This document shows positions 12,351-25,345 of a stretch of DNA of 64,000 nucleotides, in pieces (positions within the stretch are counted from its first letter, which is position 1; each line of letters begins with the position of its first letter). Source of the DNA: Torpedo marmorata (taxonomy: Eukaryota). Where the stretch lies: assembly GCA_977017645.1 (NCBI GenBank), contig OZ360220.1:175398001-175462000 (forward strand), given 5' to 3'. The notes under the pieces are model-generated. The model had not been told where the DNA came from, ran no database searches, and saw only the letters and a program-made list of their open reading frames with translations. A program made the translations under genes and the position numbers.

Positions 12351-14124
12351 AAAATCAAATTTAATTTCTTTGAGCTCCTTATTTATTTAAGGGCTCATTT
12401 CTTTCTTCTTGGTCCATAAAGGACTCATGTTAATTTTTGTTAATCTTTTTCCTTTTTGCATATTGATAGGACCACTTACAATTTGTTTTTATGTTCTTGC
12501 TTGTCCACTATCATACTTTTACAATGCCTTGATTCTCCTTTCCTGAATTCTGTTCAACAATAAATGTTGCCAGAAATGAATGAAAGAGCAAAAGCTGAGA
12601 TTTTTAAAATATAGTTACAGTTTTCCTGTTAATTCTTTTGGGAGACACTGAGAACTGTAAGGTAGTTTTGCTTTTGGATGCATTCCGTGCTTGACCTTGG
12701 CATTACAAGACTTCAGGATTTTTCTGTGGTTAAATGTCCTAGAAAATTGAATGCATTGCACTCCCACTGCTGCTTCCGGTGGTAGATAAATGTTTTATTA
12801 TGAAGGTATTTTTTCCCTCTTGAGAAATCCACTTTCCTGCTCAATTAAAAAAAATCGATGTTGATATATTTTGAAATATAGCTAAATTCTGATATATAGA
12901 TTGTTTTGAGTCAACAATGAGATGCTGGAGGAACCCTGTGGGTAAGCAGCATCCATGGGCAGAAATGGTCAGTCAACATTTCAGGTTGGGACCCTTTATC
13001 GAGACAGTGGACGGTTCGAAGTAACAATTTATTTTGTAATGGGGAGTGACGGAGAACAGCAGAGGGAAACCTACAGCAAGAGCCAAAAGATGGAGTGAAG
13101 ATCTTCATACTCTAAAGATGGTATCTACTCGAGAAATCCCACAATCACTTAACAGAGAAAGAACATTTGAAACTAAAAGGAGACTGGGTGGGATATGTAG
13201 CAGCTTCTTCATTTAATTCTAAGGCAAGAGGTGTGGCAATTTTAATAAAAAAGAACCTCCCAATTAAAATTCAAAATGGTGTGATGGATCCTGTAGGGAG
13301 ATATGTAATGATACATTGCCAAATATATTCAGAATTTTGGACTTTTTTGAATATATATGCTCCTAATGTGGATGATGACAAATTTATTCAAGAAACCTTT
13401 CTTAATATAGCAGAGGCACATGAAAATATTATAATAGGAGGAGATTTCAACTTTTGTTTAGATCCAGTCTTAGATAGATCTACAAGAGAACCAAGGCAGC
13501 AAAAGCTACGCTGGTATTAATGAAAGATTTAAATTTAATAGATGCCTGAAGAATCCATCCAAGGGAAAAAGATTATTCATTTTATTCGAGTAGGCATGAT
13601 TTTTATTCTAGAATTGATTTATTTTTAGTTTCAGTACAATTGCAAGATATAATATTAGAAGCAGAATATAAAGCAAGGATTTTGTCTGACCATTCACCTT
13701 TATTAATGACAATTGCCATACCTGATAAAGAAAAATCGATATGTAGATGGAGATTGAATCCATTATTATTAAAAAGAATAGACTTTTGTGACTTTATGAG
13801 GCAAATTCAGATATTTTGTGAAACAAATTTAAACTCCGCGCATGATAAATTTGTATTATGGGAAACTCTGAAAGCATATCTAAGAGGTCAAATTATAAGT
13901 TACTCTTCAAAAATTAAAAAGGAATATATGAGAGAAATAGACCAATTAGAAACAGAAATAACAATTTTAGAAAAGGATTTACAAAAGAGAAGCTCTGAAG
14001 ATAAGCGTAGACAACTAACTAATAAAAATCTTCAATATAATGTATTACAGACTTATAGAACGGAGAAGACTATTAAAAGAACTAAGCAAAGATATTATGA
14101 ATTAGGTGAATGATCACATAAAGT

Positions 14125-16544
14125 CTAAATATTTACCAAATTTGATACATCCAGATCAAGCTGGCTTTATTAAAAATAGATATTCAAAAGATAATATAGC
14201 TAGATTAATAAGTTTAATTAATTTATATAAAAAGAAACAGGATTTACCATTGGTTGTAACGCTGGATGCAGAAAAGGCTTTTGACAGATTAGAATGGAAT
14301 TTTTTATTTAAGGTGTTAGAGAAATTTGGTTTTGGGAATACTTTTATAAATTGGATTAAAACTATATATAGAGAACCTACAGCTAAAGTAATTACAAATG
14401 GACAAATATCGCCAAAATTTCCTTTAATGCGTTCTACGAGGCAGGGATGTCCCCTGTCACCAGCCCTATTTGTTTTGGCAATAGAACCTTTGGCTGAATT
14501 GATTAGAATAGATCCTAACATAGTAGGGATTAAAGTAGGTATGGAAGAACATAAGATTAGTCTGTTTGCAGATGATGTATTAATATATATGATGAAATCT
14601 ATTACATCACTTCAACAACTAGCTATTATATTAACAGAATATGGTGAAATATCTGGTTATAAAATTAATTCAGATAAAAGTGAGATAATGGCTTTATCTC
14701 AAGGTGATTATACTAGATGTAGAGAGGTCACGGAATTTAAGTGGGCAAAAGAAGGAATCAAATATTTGGGAGTTAAAGTGGATACAAAATTAGAAAATTT
14801 GTATAAATTAAATTATGTACCTTTATTTATGAAAATAAAGAAAGACTTGGAAAATTGGAAAGATTTGCCTATAACTTTAATGGGAAGAGTAAATTGTATT
14901 AAGATGAATATTTTTCCAAGAATTCAATATCTTTTTCAATCAATTCCTTTTGGAATTCCAAAATTTTTTTTAAAAGATTTAAAGTTTATTATTAGGAAAT
15001 TTTTATGGAAAGGGAAGTTAGCAAGAGTAAGTATGGATAAATTAACATGGAATTATGAGATGGGAGGATTGCAACTTCCTAATTTTCAATATTATTATAA
15101 AGCAGCTCAATTAAAATTTGTTAATGAATTTTTTGATTTAGCTAAATCTTCTGCTTGGATTAATATAGAATTAAATAATATAGGAGAAAATTATAAAGAG
15201 GATATTATTTATAAGTGGAACTCTAAATTATTATCAGTAAAAAAGAAAAATTCACCGATTATTAAACATTTGTTGGAAATATGGACACAGGTAGATAAAG
15301 AAATAGGTGGAAAAGGGTTAATTTCTTTAAATATGCCATTATATCAAAATCCACTTTTACCATTTACTATTAATAATCAGTTATTGAAATTATGGTTTCA
15401 AAAAGGAATTAAGAATTTTAAAGATTGTTTTGAGGCTGGAAGATTTGTTACGTTTCAAAGATTGAAGGAAAAATTTAATGTATTAGATAATACATGGTTA
15501 GCTTACTATCAAGTTAAAGCTTTTTTGATTGAGAAATTAGGGGATGATTTGATTGCACCAAGACAAAATGAGTTAGAATTATTAATAACTAAAGCAAATG
15601 TCAATAAGTTTATTTCTCAAATGTATAAATTATTTCAGAGAAAAATGCCTAAAGTAGGATTACATAAATCAAGATTAAAATGGGAATTAGATTTAAATGT
15701 TAATATAGCTGAAAATCATTGGAAAGATTTATGTAAATTAAGTATGACTAAAGTTATTAATGTTAGATATAGATTAGTACAATATAATTTTTTCCATCAA
15801 TTATATTTAACACCAAAAAAATTAAAGAAATTTAATCCAACATTATCAGATTTGTGTTTTAGACGTAAGAGTGAAGTAGGTTCTTTTGTTCACTCTACAT
15901 GGTTATGTCCAAAAATTCAAGATTTTTGGTTGAAAGTTAAGAATTTTTTAGATAGAGTTTTCAATGTTATGTTTCCAATGGATCCTATGTTATTTTTATT
16001 CAGAGATATTAGAAAATTTAGTATTAGGAATAGATTGAATATGTATCAGGTAGAATTTTTACGAATTGCTTTAGTTGTTTCAAAAAAATGCATTGCTATT
16101 ACTTGGAAATCAGATTTAGATTTAAGTTTAGAAAGGTGGCATGCAGAACTCCGTTCGTGTATACCACTGGAAAAGATTACTTATAATTTATGCAATAAGT
16201 ATCATTCTTTTTTGAAAATTTGGAGCCCATATATGAGAGTTATGGGTTTAATGATTTGAAAATCTCTCGATATCAGGTCTACTGGCGAGTTTAACCTCCA
16301 TGATAGAATTAGCTTGTAGATGGTTCTCCCCTCACTATTAATCTATCTTTTTCTTCTTTCTTTTTTACTATACTTTATATTTTTTTTAATTATTTTTTAG
16401 AATAGTGGGGTTGGGGGGGTTTGGGAAGGGAGGGTGGGTATGGGGGGAGGAAATATATATCACATGTATTTTGAAAGCTATACATTTTAATCTATGTATT
16501 TTGTGATTTAAAAATTTAAATAAAATAATAAAAATTAAAAAAAA
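14125..16544 (+). mobile_element. Young L1, 5'-truncated, nested in an older L1; about 710 uninterrupted codons of ORF2 (RT plus C-terminus)
   Basis: ORF 14106..16259 with DQAGF, DAEKAFD, RQGCPLSP, LFADD, KYLG; A-rich tail; 13-bp TSD GATCACATAAAGT at 14112-14124 and 16545-16557. Confidence 0.95.
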
Positions 16545-17840
16545 GATCACATAAAGTACTAGCATGGCAATTAAAAACAGAACAGGCATCAAGAATAATA
16601 AATGCAATTAAAAGTGAATCTAATGTTATTAGTTATAAAATACCAAATAATAAATGATTCTTTCAAAAATTTTTATTCTAAATTATATAAATCGGAGTCT
16701 TTACAAGATGATAGTAAAATTGATGGATATTTATCACAGATAAATTTACCAAGATGAAATATGCAAGAGCAGCTAGAATTGAGTACCCAGTTTACACAGA
16801 AAGAAGTGAAAGACGCAATGAGCTCATTACAAAGTAATAAAGCACCGGGAGAAGGTGGTTTTCCACCAGAGTTTTATAAAGAGTTTAAAGAACTATTAAT
16901 TCCTGTTTTTATGGATATGTTACAACAGGCATCAGTAACTCATACACTCCCGGAATCTTTCTCAACAGCAATAATTACAGTAATACCAAAAAAAGATAGA
17001 GATCCATTGAAACCTTCATCTTATAGACCAATTTCATTATTAAATGCAGACTATAAAATTGTAGCTAAAATTTTGGCTAATAGGATAACTAAATTGTTAC
17101 CTAAATTAGTAAACATGGACCAGACAGGTTTTATAAAAAAAAAGACAAGCAGCTGACAATGTAGCAAGATTACTTAGTATTATTCATTTAGCTCAAAAAA
17201 CAAAAGTACTAAGTGTTGCGGTGTCATTAGATGCAGAAAATGCATTTGATAGATTGGAATGGGATTTTTTGTTTAAAGTACTGGAAAAATTTGGACTTGG
17301 ACAGACTTATATAAACTGGATTAAAGCATTATATAATGCTCCAAAAGCTAAAGTAATGACTAATGTACAAATATCAACTCCGTTATGTTTGACAAGGTCT
17401 CGTAGACAAGGATGCCCATTGTCACTAGCTTTATTTATACTAGCTATAGAACCACTTGCAGAGGCAATTAGTAGCGATTTGGAAATTAAGGGATTTGGAG
17501 TTGGCCAAGAAATATATTTGACAGAGCCTGAGACTTTGTTACAAAGATTACATTTTAGATTGGAAGAATATGGAAAAGTTTCAGGTTATAAGATAAATTG
17601 GAACAAAAGTGAAATTATGCACCTTACAGAAGGAGATTATACTATATGTAAAATAAATACTCAGTTTAAATGGCCGCATAATGGGATAAAATATTTAGAA
17701 ATTCGAACAGACAATAATTTTTAAAATTTATATAAATGGAATTATTTACCATTACTTAAAAAGGTTAAAGAAGATTTGGAAAAATTGATTAACTTACCTA
17801 TAACATTGATAGGAAGAGTTAATTGTATTAAAATGAATAT

Positions 17841-17918
17841 GCAGCAGGCAAAGATAAATTTCATGGAATATGGCACTGTTTTATTACTATGACAATAAAT
17901 TGAATCTTGAATCTTGAA
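17841..17918 (+). mobile_element. Short LINE 3'-end (Rex1-like tail) inserted in L1
   Basis: GACAATAAA followed by (TGAATCT)n-like tail interrupting the host KMN..RIQYL frame. Confidence 0.6.
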
Positions 17919-18979
17919 TACAATATCTGTATCAAACCATACCTATTTTATTACCACAGGGATTTTTTCAAGAGTTAAATAAACAAGTAAGAAAATTCCT
18001 TTGGAGAGGTGAAATGTCAAGAGTCTCCATAGAACGTTTAACATGCAAATATGAGTTAGGAGGTTTACAACTCCCTAACTTTAAAAATTATTACCGAACG
18101 GCACAAATGAGATTTATTACTTCTTTTTTTGAAAGTGAAGAAAAACCTGCATGGGTTAAAGTAGAGTTAGGAGAAATAGGAGAGAAAGTAGCAGAATAAT
18201 TTATATATAAATGGAACTCAAAATTATTGGTAGGAGTTAAAGAAACACCATTATTAAAACACTTGATTAATGCCTGGAACAAGATTAACGATGAGATAGG
18301 AACAAAAGGGACTATATCACCTAAAACGCCATTGATACAGAACAATCTTATACTTTTTACAAAAGATAATCAATTTTTAAATATATGGTTACAGAAAGGA
18401 ATTAAGAAGATAGAAGATTGTTATGAAGGGGGTCAATTAATGTTGTTTGTACAGTTAAGAAATAAATATGGAATACCGAATAATACTCTTTTTTGTTATT
18501 TTCAATTAAGAGGATATTTAAGGGAAAAACTAGGTTCGGATATGCTGTTACCAAATTGTAGTGAAGTGGAAACTCTTATTAGGAAAGGAAATACTAGAAA
18601 ATTTACTTCTATAATATATTCCTTGTTACAAAGAGGAGCCCTTAAACAAGGACTTCATAAATCTAGACAGAGATGGGAACAAGATTTTAATGTAACAATT
18701 GATGAAAAAAGATGGTCGGATTTATGTCAAGATAGCATGACCAATACTATTAATGTAAGATATAGATTAGTACAGTATAATTTTTTTCACCAATTATATC
18801 TTACACTGCAAAAATTGAATAAAATGAAATCTACATTATCAAACAAGTTTTTTAGATGTGGTGAACTTTTTTACATTCAACTTGGTTATGCTCCAAGGTA
18901 AAATTCTTTTGGATGGAATTAGGGAATTTGTTAAAACACATTACGGGTGCTACACTTCCACAAAACCCTGATTTATTTT

Positions 18980-19145
18980 CTCATATCGGACGCCTGCCGG
19001 CATTTTCTCATATCGGACGCCTGCCTGCATTTTCTCATACTTTGATGAAGGGCTCAAGCCCGAAACGTCGGTTATGTATTTCTACCTTTGCTACATAAAA
19101 TACACTGTTTGACCTGCTGAGTTTATCCAGCATTTGTGTTTTTTA
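18980..19145 (+). mobile_element. Solo Penelope terminal repeat inserted in L1
   Basis: 13-bp TSD CCTGATTTATTTT at 18967-18979 and 19146-19158; close match to the reverse complement of 11353-11480; short tandem duplication at its 5' end. Confidence 0.85.
19036..19076 (+). ncRNA. Minimal hammerhead ribozyme-like motif (best-preserved copy)
   Basis: CATACT TTGATGA A GGGC TCAA GCCC GAAAC GTC GGTTATG: perfect 4-bp stem II, GAAA box, GUC triplet (C19069), palindromic ACGT in stem III. Confidence 0.65.
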
Positions 19146-20647
19146 CCTGATTTATTTTTATTAGGTAGTGTTGAAGGAACTAGACCAAAATTGAATTTAT
19201 CAATATATCAATTGAAATTTGTTAAAATCGCTTTACCCATAGCGAGGAAGTGTATAGCAGTAACTTGGAAATCAGATACAAACTTAGGTTTGGAAAGATG
19301 GAATACAGAGATGCAGAGTTGTATTCCATTGGAAAAAATAACATATAATATGAGAAATAAATATGGGGTATTTTTGCAAATTTGGCATCCATATATCCAG
19401 ACATTAGGTATAAATATGTAAATGTGTTATTCCACATCCTAGGCCCTGCTGACTCTCTCAAATTTAAATAATAAAAATACTGTTGAAAACCTTGCGTCGA
19501 ACTGTGAATGCCCAGGCGATCCATATAGATGTATTTTATAAGTAATATTATATTACTTTCTTTTTTCCTTCTTTCTTTTTTTAGTTTTTAGGAAGGGGAG
19601 GGAATTTAAGGGGAGGGAATTGGGTGGAGGGTGGGATTAGAAATATTAAGTAATAATTTTAATTTGAAATGTTTGAAAAATGTTATAAGGGTTTGGGGGG
19701 TTAAGGGAAGGGGTAGATACACTATGTAATACAAATATAATTATAAAAGATATTTCTGAAATTAACAATGTATATTATTCATGTATGTATTACTGTGTGA
19801 AAATTTAAAATTTTAAATAAAATATTTTAAAAAAAGAGAAATCCCACAATCTGCCACAGTCACTGATCCTCATCGAGCACTCGTGTTGGATCACCTGCCA
19901 ATGCTACTAATCCTGTCCTTCTAAAGTCATCTCTCCATAACATTTAATTCCAGTACATTCCACTTTTTAAACTCCTCATTAATTTCACTTGGAAATATTT
20001 TAAACAAATAAGTTTCAATTATATCAGGCTGGATTTTTTCCGATGCATTTTTACTATTTTGTCTAAAGGTGTTTTACATCTCCACCAATCAGCACTGTTA
20101 GCTACTAGCCAATCTGTACATTCTGAAAAAGGATCATACGAGTTCTTGCAATTTCAGCAGAGGCCACGTTCCAACAAGTGACTCGTCCTGTTATCCAAGA
20201 TCTTTCCACCATTCACAGGGCATGTCTGGAATACTCTCCACTTGTCTGGCTGAGTGCATCCCCAGAAATACTCAAGACTAGTTTGCTTCATTGGCGTCTC
20301 CTCCTCTGTCATAGCTATTCTCTTCCTATGCCTCAGCATGCTATGGGTACAGTGTGCGTGATCCACTCCACACAATGAATGATGCTAAGTCTGTAATGTT
20401 TCTTCAACAACACCTCCCAAAATCATAATTTTAACCACCTAGAAAGGGAGACAGCTGGACACACATGGGAATTCCATCAAGTTTATGTGACTGCTTGGTC
20501 AAAATTACCAACTTTTCACCTAACAGCATTGTATAGTAGACCACAAGGACTACTACTATAGCTTAGAAACCACTAAGATTATTAACCCGAGGTTCATGGG
20601 CAATAAATCCTGGCTTTGACAGCAATACCCATATGCCAGAGTTGTAG

Positions 20648-20975
20648 AGAGATACAACACAGAAACAGGCCCTTTGGCCCATTGAGTCATACTTGAACAT
20701 CAACCACCCATTTTTACACCAATTCTACATGAACCTGTTTTACTCTCTGCAGATTCTTCCTCTCACCTACACACTAGGGACAATTTACAGTAGCTACTTA
20801 ATCTATCAAACCACATGTTTTTGGAGTTTGGGAGGAAACAAGGACACCTGTAGGAAACCAACGCAGTCAGAGAGAGAATGTGCAAACTCCACACATACAG
20901 CGCCACAGGTAGGATTTGCACCTGGGTCTCTGGAGCTATGAAGTAGCAGTTCTACCAACTGAGCTATTGTGCCAC
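20648..20975 (-). mobile_element. tRNA-derived SINE, degraded
   Basis: Reverse-complement similarity to 12104-12350 (B-box GGTGCAAATCC, central domain, tail). Confidence 0.65.
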
Positions 20976-21257
20976 TCAGTCAAAGTCATGGAACAAGCTC
21001 CCAAACTGTCTACCAATGTAGCCACAGTGCTAACAGTTAAAGCCAATGTCTCCAAAACCATGATGGGAAAACAAGTCAACCAATATGTACAATGGTTTAT
21101 TTTAAAAGAAGGAAGTGGAACCAGATAGCTGACACCTAGTTAGAGTTACTGGTCCTTTGTGGGACACAACTTGTTAAAATAGGAGTGGATAAGGGAAAAA
21201 TGGAACAGAAGAAATGTATAAAAGAAGGACTCTCGAAGACATCCATAGCAACAACCT

Positions 21258-21720
21258 CAAGTCAAGTCAACTTTATTATCATCCGATTGCACAAGTACAA
21301 CAGGACGAAACAGCGTTCTCTGGTCATCGGTACAAAACACGCAGACACACAACCAGACATAACACACATACGCATGTAGGACAAGTATTCATAAATACAA
21401 ATAATAAATATTGTTTCGTGAATATGTGAGTCTCGGATGGTTAGTATGAGCAATTCCTTTGGTCGTTCAGCATTCTCACTGCTCGTGGGAAGAAGCTGTT
21501 CCTCAGCCTGGTGGTGCTGACTCTAATACTCCTGTATCTCTTTCCCGACGGAATCAGTTGAAAGATGCTGTATGCAGGGTAGAAGGCATCCTCAATGATT
21601 TTGCATGCCCTCTTCATACAATGATCCGGTAGATCATGTCGATGGGGGGGGGGGGCGGGGGGGGAGGGTAACTCCAGTGATCCTCTCTGCCACTGTGATG
21701 GTCCTGTGGATTGACCTGTG
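21258..21720 (-). mobile_element. Rex1-like LINE 3' fragment
   Basis: IPSGKRYRSIRVSTTRLRNSFFPRAVRMLN; (CTTGA)n tail. Confidence 0.8.
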
Positions 21721-21803
21721 AGCAACCATGGCAGAAGAAATACCCTGAGTTCGAAACTTAGAGAAGACCGTGACCCAACAGAGTGAGCCTGACCAGTTCG
21801 TCA

Positions 21804-22040
21804 GGATGGCAGGGTGAGCGTAGCGGTTAGCGCAACACTAGTACAGTGCCAGTGATCCGGGTTCGAATCCACGCTATCTGTAAGTAGTTTTTACATTCTC
21901 CCCATGACTTGCATGCATTTTCCCCGAGTTCTCCAGTTTCCTCCCCTTCTCCAAAAATGTCTGGGGTTGGTAGGTTAATTGGGTGTAATTGGGCAGCACG
22001 GGTTTCAATGGCTGTAATGGGTTTCTACCATGCCGTATCA
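21804..22040 (+). mobile_element. tRNA-derived SINE
   Basis: TAGCGGTTAGCG A-box and GGTTCGAATCC B-box; same family as 12104-12350. Confidence 0.8.
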
Positions 22041-22604
22041 TTAAAAAAATCTTGCATGGGTAGTATTTAAATCCAAGGTGTAACCAAGGTGTAAGTCTTG
22101 TACAATTATTGACAAGTTAGAATGGTGAGTTAAGTGCCAAGGTATTAAGGTTTAAGTGAAAGACAGGAACTGAAGGACTAATAAAAACTGAGCCGCATTA
22201 GACTTCGGATGAGGTATCCTTCTTCCGCCACAGCAGTTGACACACTCCAGTGGTAAAGAGTCAACTTCTAATAGCACTTGAGGGTACCTTCACCTGGATT
22301 ACAGTAGCTCAAGAAAACGGTTCACACAAAGATTAATTATCAAGAATCACGAGAAATACTGTAGATGCACCCTTGCAGCAACACCCACGTGCTATGTATG
22401 ATTTTTAAAAATGTCATAAACTGTCTTTGTATTGACAGATTACACATCCTCAAAGGATTTGCAAATGTTAAAAGGGTTACAAACTATTTTGGTAGCATAG
22501 TACAGTGACAATATTACAATAATTGGTTATTTCCACTTAGTCACTAAATTATTTTAATATTTTGTAATTCATCTTATCTTGAAATATTTTTGTCTTATGC
22601 ATTT

Positions 22605-23480
22605 GGGGCGATGAGTCAGTATACAGGAAGGAGATTGAAAATTTCGCTGAATGGTATACTAACAACAACCTTGCACTCAATGTCACCAAAACCAAGGAGC
22701 TGATTGTGGATTTCAGGAGGGGAAACCCAGACATTAATGATCCAGTGATCATTGGGGGTCAGAGGTGGAGCGGGTGAGCAAATTTAAATTCCTTGGAGTC
22801 ACTATTTCAGAGGTCCCTTCTTGGACCCAACACACGAATCTCATCATGAAGAAAGCACGTCAGCACCTCTACTTCCTCAGGAGTTTGCGGAGGTTTGGTA
22901 TGATATTGAAAACCTTGGCGCAATTCTACAGATGTGTAGTGGAAAGTGTGCTGAGTGGCTGCATCACAGGCTGGTATGGGGGCACCAATATCTCTGAATG
23001 GAAGCGGTGCAAAAGGTAGTGGAAACAGCCCAGTACATCACAGGCAAAACTCTCCCCACCATTGAGAAAATCTACATGGAACGATGCTGTTGGAGAGCAT
23101 CATTTAGTACATGCTCTGTTTTCACTGCTGCCATTAGGAAAGAGGTCACAAGACTCATACCACCGGGTTCAGGAACAGTTGTTACCCTTCCACCATCAGA
23201 CTCCTAAACAACAAACTCAATTAGACACTCATTTAAGGACTCTTACTTTGCACATTATTAATTACTGATTATTTATTTTCTGTATTACTGTTTGTTTGAA
23301 CTTCCTTCTTGTTTACATTTCTTGCTTTTGTATACGTATCTTTTCTTTAATACAGTTTTTTTTCACTACCGATAAGTAGAAATTCTGCCTGGCCCGCAGG
23401 AAAAAGAATCTTAGGGTTGTATGTGATGTCATGTATGTACTCTGACAATAAATCTGAACTTTGAACTTTTTGACTTTGAA
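22605..23480 (+). mobile_element. Rex1-clade LINE 3' fragment
   Basis: [38 protein letters not shown]; AATAAA plus repeated tail. Confidence 0.85.
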
Positions 23481-23786
23481 GTTAGATCAGTTCAAATCGT
23501 TGCCACAAAACTCAATCATTAATCTAGGTCCTTTAGTATTAAAAGCAATCCCCTTAAAAATCAATTTCATAATAAAAAATTCAAACATGAAAGGGAAAGA
23601 AAATAGAATCCTCTAATGCTGTAAGCTCCAGTGAATAAAACCATTTGCACAGAAAGTAGGTTCTGAAATTATTGTGATGGATTCATGGTCAAAGATGAGA
23701 ATATGTGAGAAACCAAGAATGCCAGCACCCACTGATCGGTTGGTACAGTAGCTATTTTCATTCTAACATGTCTTTGTGGCATTTAC

Positions 23787-24097
23787 CAATGGGGAAGAGA
23801 TACAGGAGTATCAGAGCCAGCACAACCAGGCTGAGGAACAGCTTCTTCGCACGGGCAGTGAGAATGCTGAACGACCAAAGGAACTGCTCACACTAAATAT
23901 CTGAGACTCTTATTTGTACAAAACAATATTTATTTATTTATTCTTATAGATATAATACTTGTCCCGCATATGTAGTATTTGTCTGTATGTGTGTTATGTC
24001 TGGTTGTGTGTCTGCACGTTTTTGTACCGAGGACCGGAGAACTGTTTCGTCGAGTTGTACTTGTACAATCAGATGACAATAAACTTGACTTGACTTA
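23787..24097 (+). mobile_element. Rex1-like 3' end
   Basis: GKRYRSIRASTTRLRNSFF; AATAAA(CTTGA)n tail; same family as 21258-21720. Confidence 0.8.
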
Positions 24098-24429
24098 AGA
24101 CACAAGTTGCCCTGTTTGTGAGGGTGGTTAGTAAGTGTATATTCATGTATACAGGTGGGCATATTGTGAAGTCAATTCATCTGGAGCCTTGGTTTTTTTC
24201 AGCTGACTCCTCTCTTGCAACAGATTTAAGAAGTGTTTCACTACAACAAGAACCACACCATCCATTTGCCCATCATCCCCTCCTCATCTGCTTCCACCTA
24301 TCACCTGCTAGCTACATGCAGATTCTCCGGGATTCTGCTAGTGTTTGGGGCTTTCTGGAGGTGTCTCAATTTGGGAGTTGTGCGCCAGGGAAAAGATGAC
24401 TTTGTCCTGGCATCAAGGCTTCCCGACAT

Positions 24430-25345
24430 GCTAAAAACAGAATACAGAAGCACTCAGCAGGTCAAACAGCCTCTGTGGTGGCAAAAGGTGGGAGTTGACA
24501 TTTTGAGTCGAACCCCTGCATCAGGATTGAGAGGGAAGAGGAAAGATGGCTGGCCTACAGCGGTATGAGGGGAGTGGGATATAGGCTGGTAAATGATTAG
24601 GTGAGGAAGGGCTGATGGGTAAATGGAATCAAGTGGGAGGGGGAATAGGAAGGTGAACAAAGGGAGAAGAAAATTAGGTGGATGGGTGAATGTATGAAGG
24701 AGGAAAACACCAGGGGTGTGGGTTACCCACACCTTTTCTTCCCTCTTTGTCCAACTCTCACTTCCTTCTCCCCTAACCTTGTTCCATCTGCCCATCATTC
24801 CCAACTCATCTGGTACTACCTGTCACCTTCTAGCCTCTCTCCCACTGCTCCCTCCCACACGATTCCATCTGGCCATCATGTCCTCCTCATCTGGTTCCAC
24901 CTATTACTTGCTAACCTCTGTCCCACTGTCCCCTCCCCACATGATTCCATCTGCCCATCATCCCCTCCTCATCTGCTTCCACCTATCACCTGCTAGCTCC
25001 TATTCCACTGCTCCCTCCCACACGATTCCATCTGCCCATCATCCCCTCCTCATCTGCTTCCACCTATCACCTGCTAGCTCCTTTTCCACTGCTCCCGCCC
25101 ACACTTGATTCCATCTGCTTATCAATTCCTCCCCATCTGGTTCCACCTATCAACCGCCAGCCTCTATCCCAGCAACCTGCACTCTCACACTGCCACGTAC
25201 TGGCAATCTTCCCTCTTGCTCCTCAGTCCTGATGATGGGTCTCAACCCAAAACATTAACTTATGCCTTTTGCCTCCACAGTTGTTGCTTGACCTCCTGGG
25301 TTCTTCCAACATTCTGACTTTTGTTCAATATTTCAGCATTAGCAG
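24430..25345. mobile_element. Two Penelope terminal repeats in opposite orientation, with an internal 81-bp tandem array
   Basis: Minus copy about 24430-24700 (CTGATGC..AAAATGTC), plus copy about 24730-25345 (CAGTCCTGATGATGGGTCTCAACCCAAAAC); 81-bp units at about 24842-25165 (STAPSHTIPSAHHPLLICFHLSPASS). Confidence 0.65.

Larger units (their letters stand above)
10503..12550 (-). mobile_element. Old, fragmented CR1-like LINE hosting a PLE and a SINE
   Basis: Minus-strand 3' end similar to 37175-38005; heavily decayed, boundaries approximate. Confidence 0.5.
13147..19835 (+). mobile_element. L1-clade LINE (older subfamily), truncated inside the endonuclease; carries three nested insertions
   Basis: APE motifs (NIYAPN, IIGGDFN, SDHSPL), RT ([24 protein letters not shown]), C-terminus, G-rich 3'UTR, A-tail; 16-bp TSD GAGAAATCCCACAATC at 13131-13146 and 19836-19851. 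Confidence 0.93.

Noticed and set aside
14106-16259. 717-aa ORF as an intact or domesticated gene
   Set aside because: It is a 5'-truncated L1 ORF2 lacking the endonuclease; its start comes from the host L1 and TSD.
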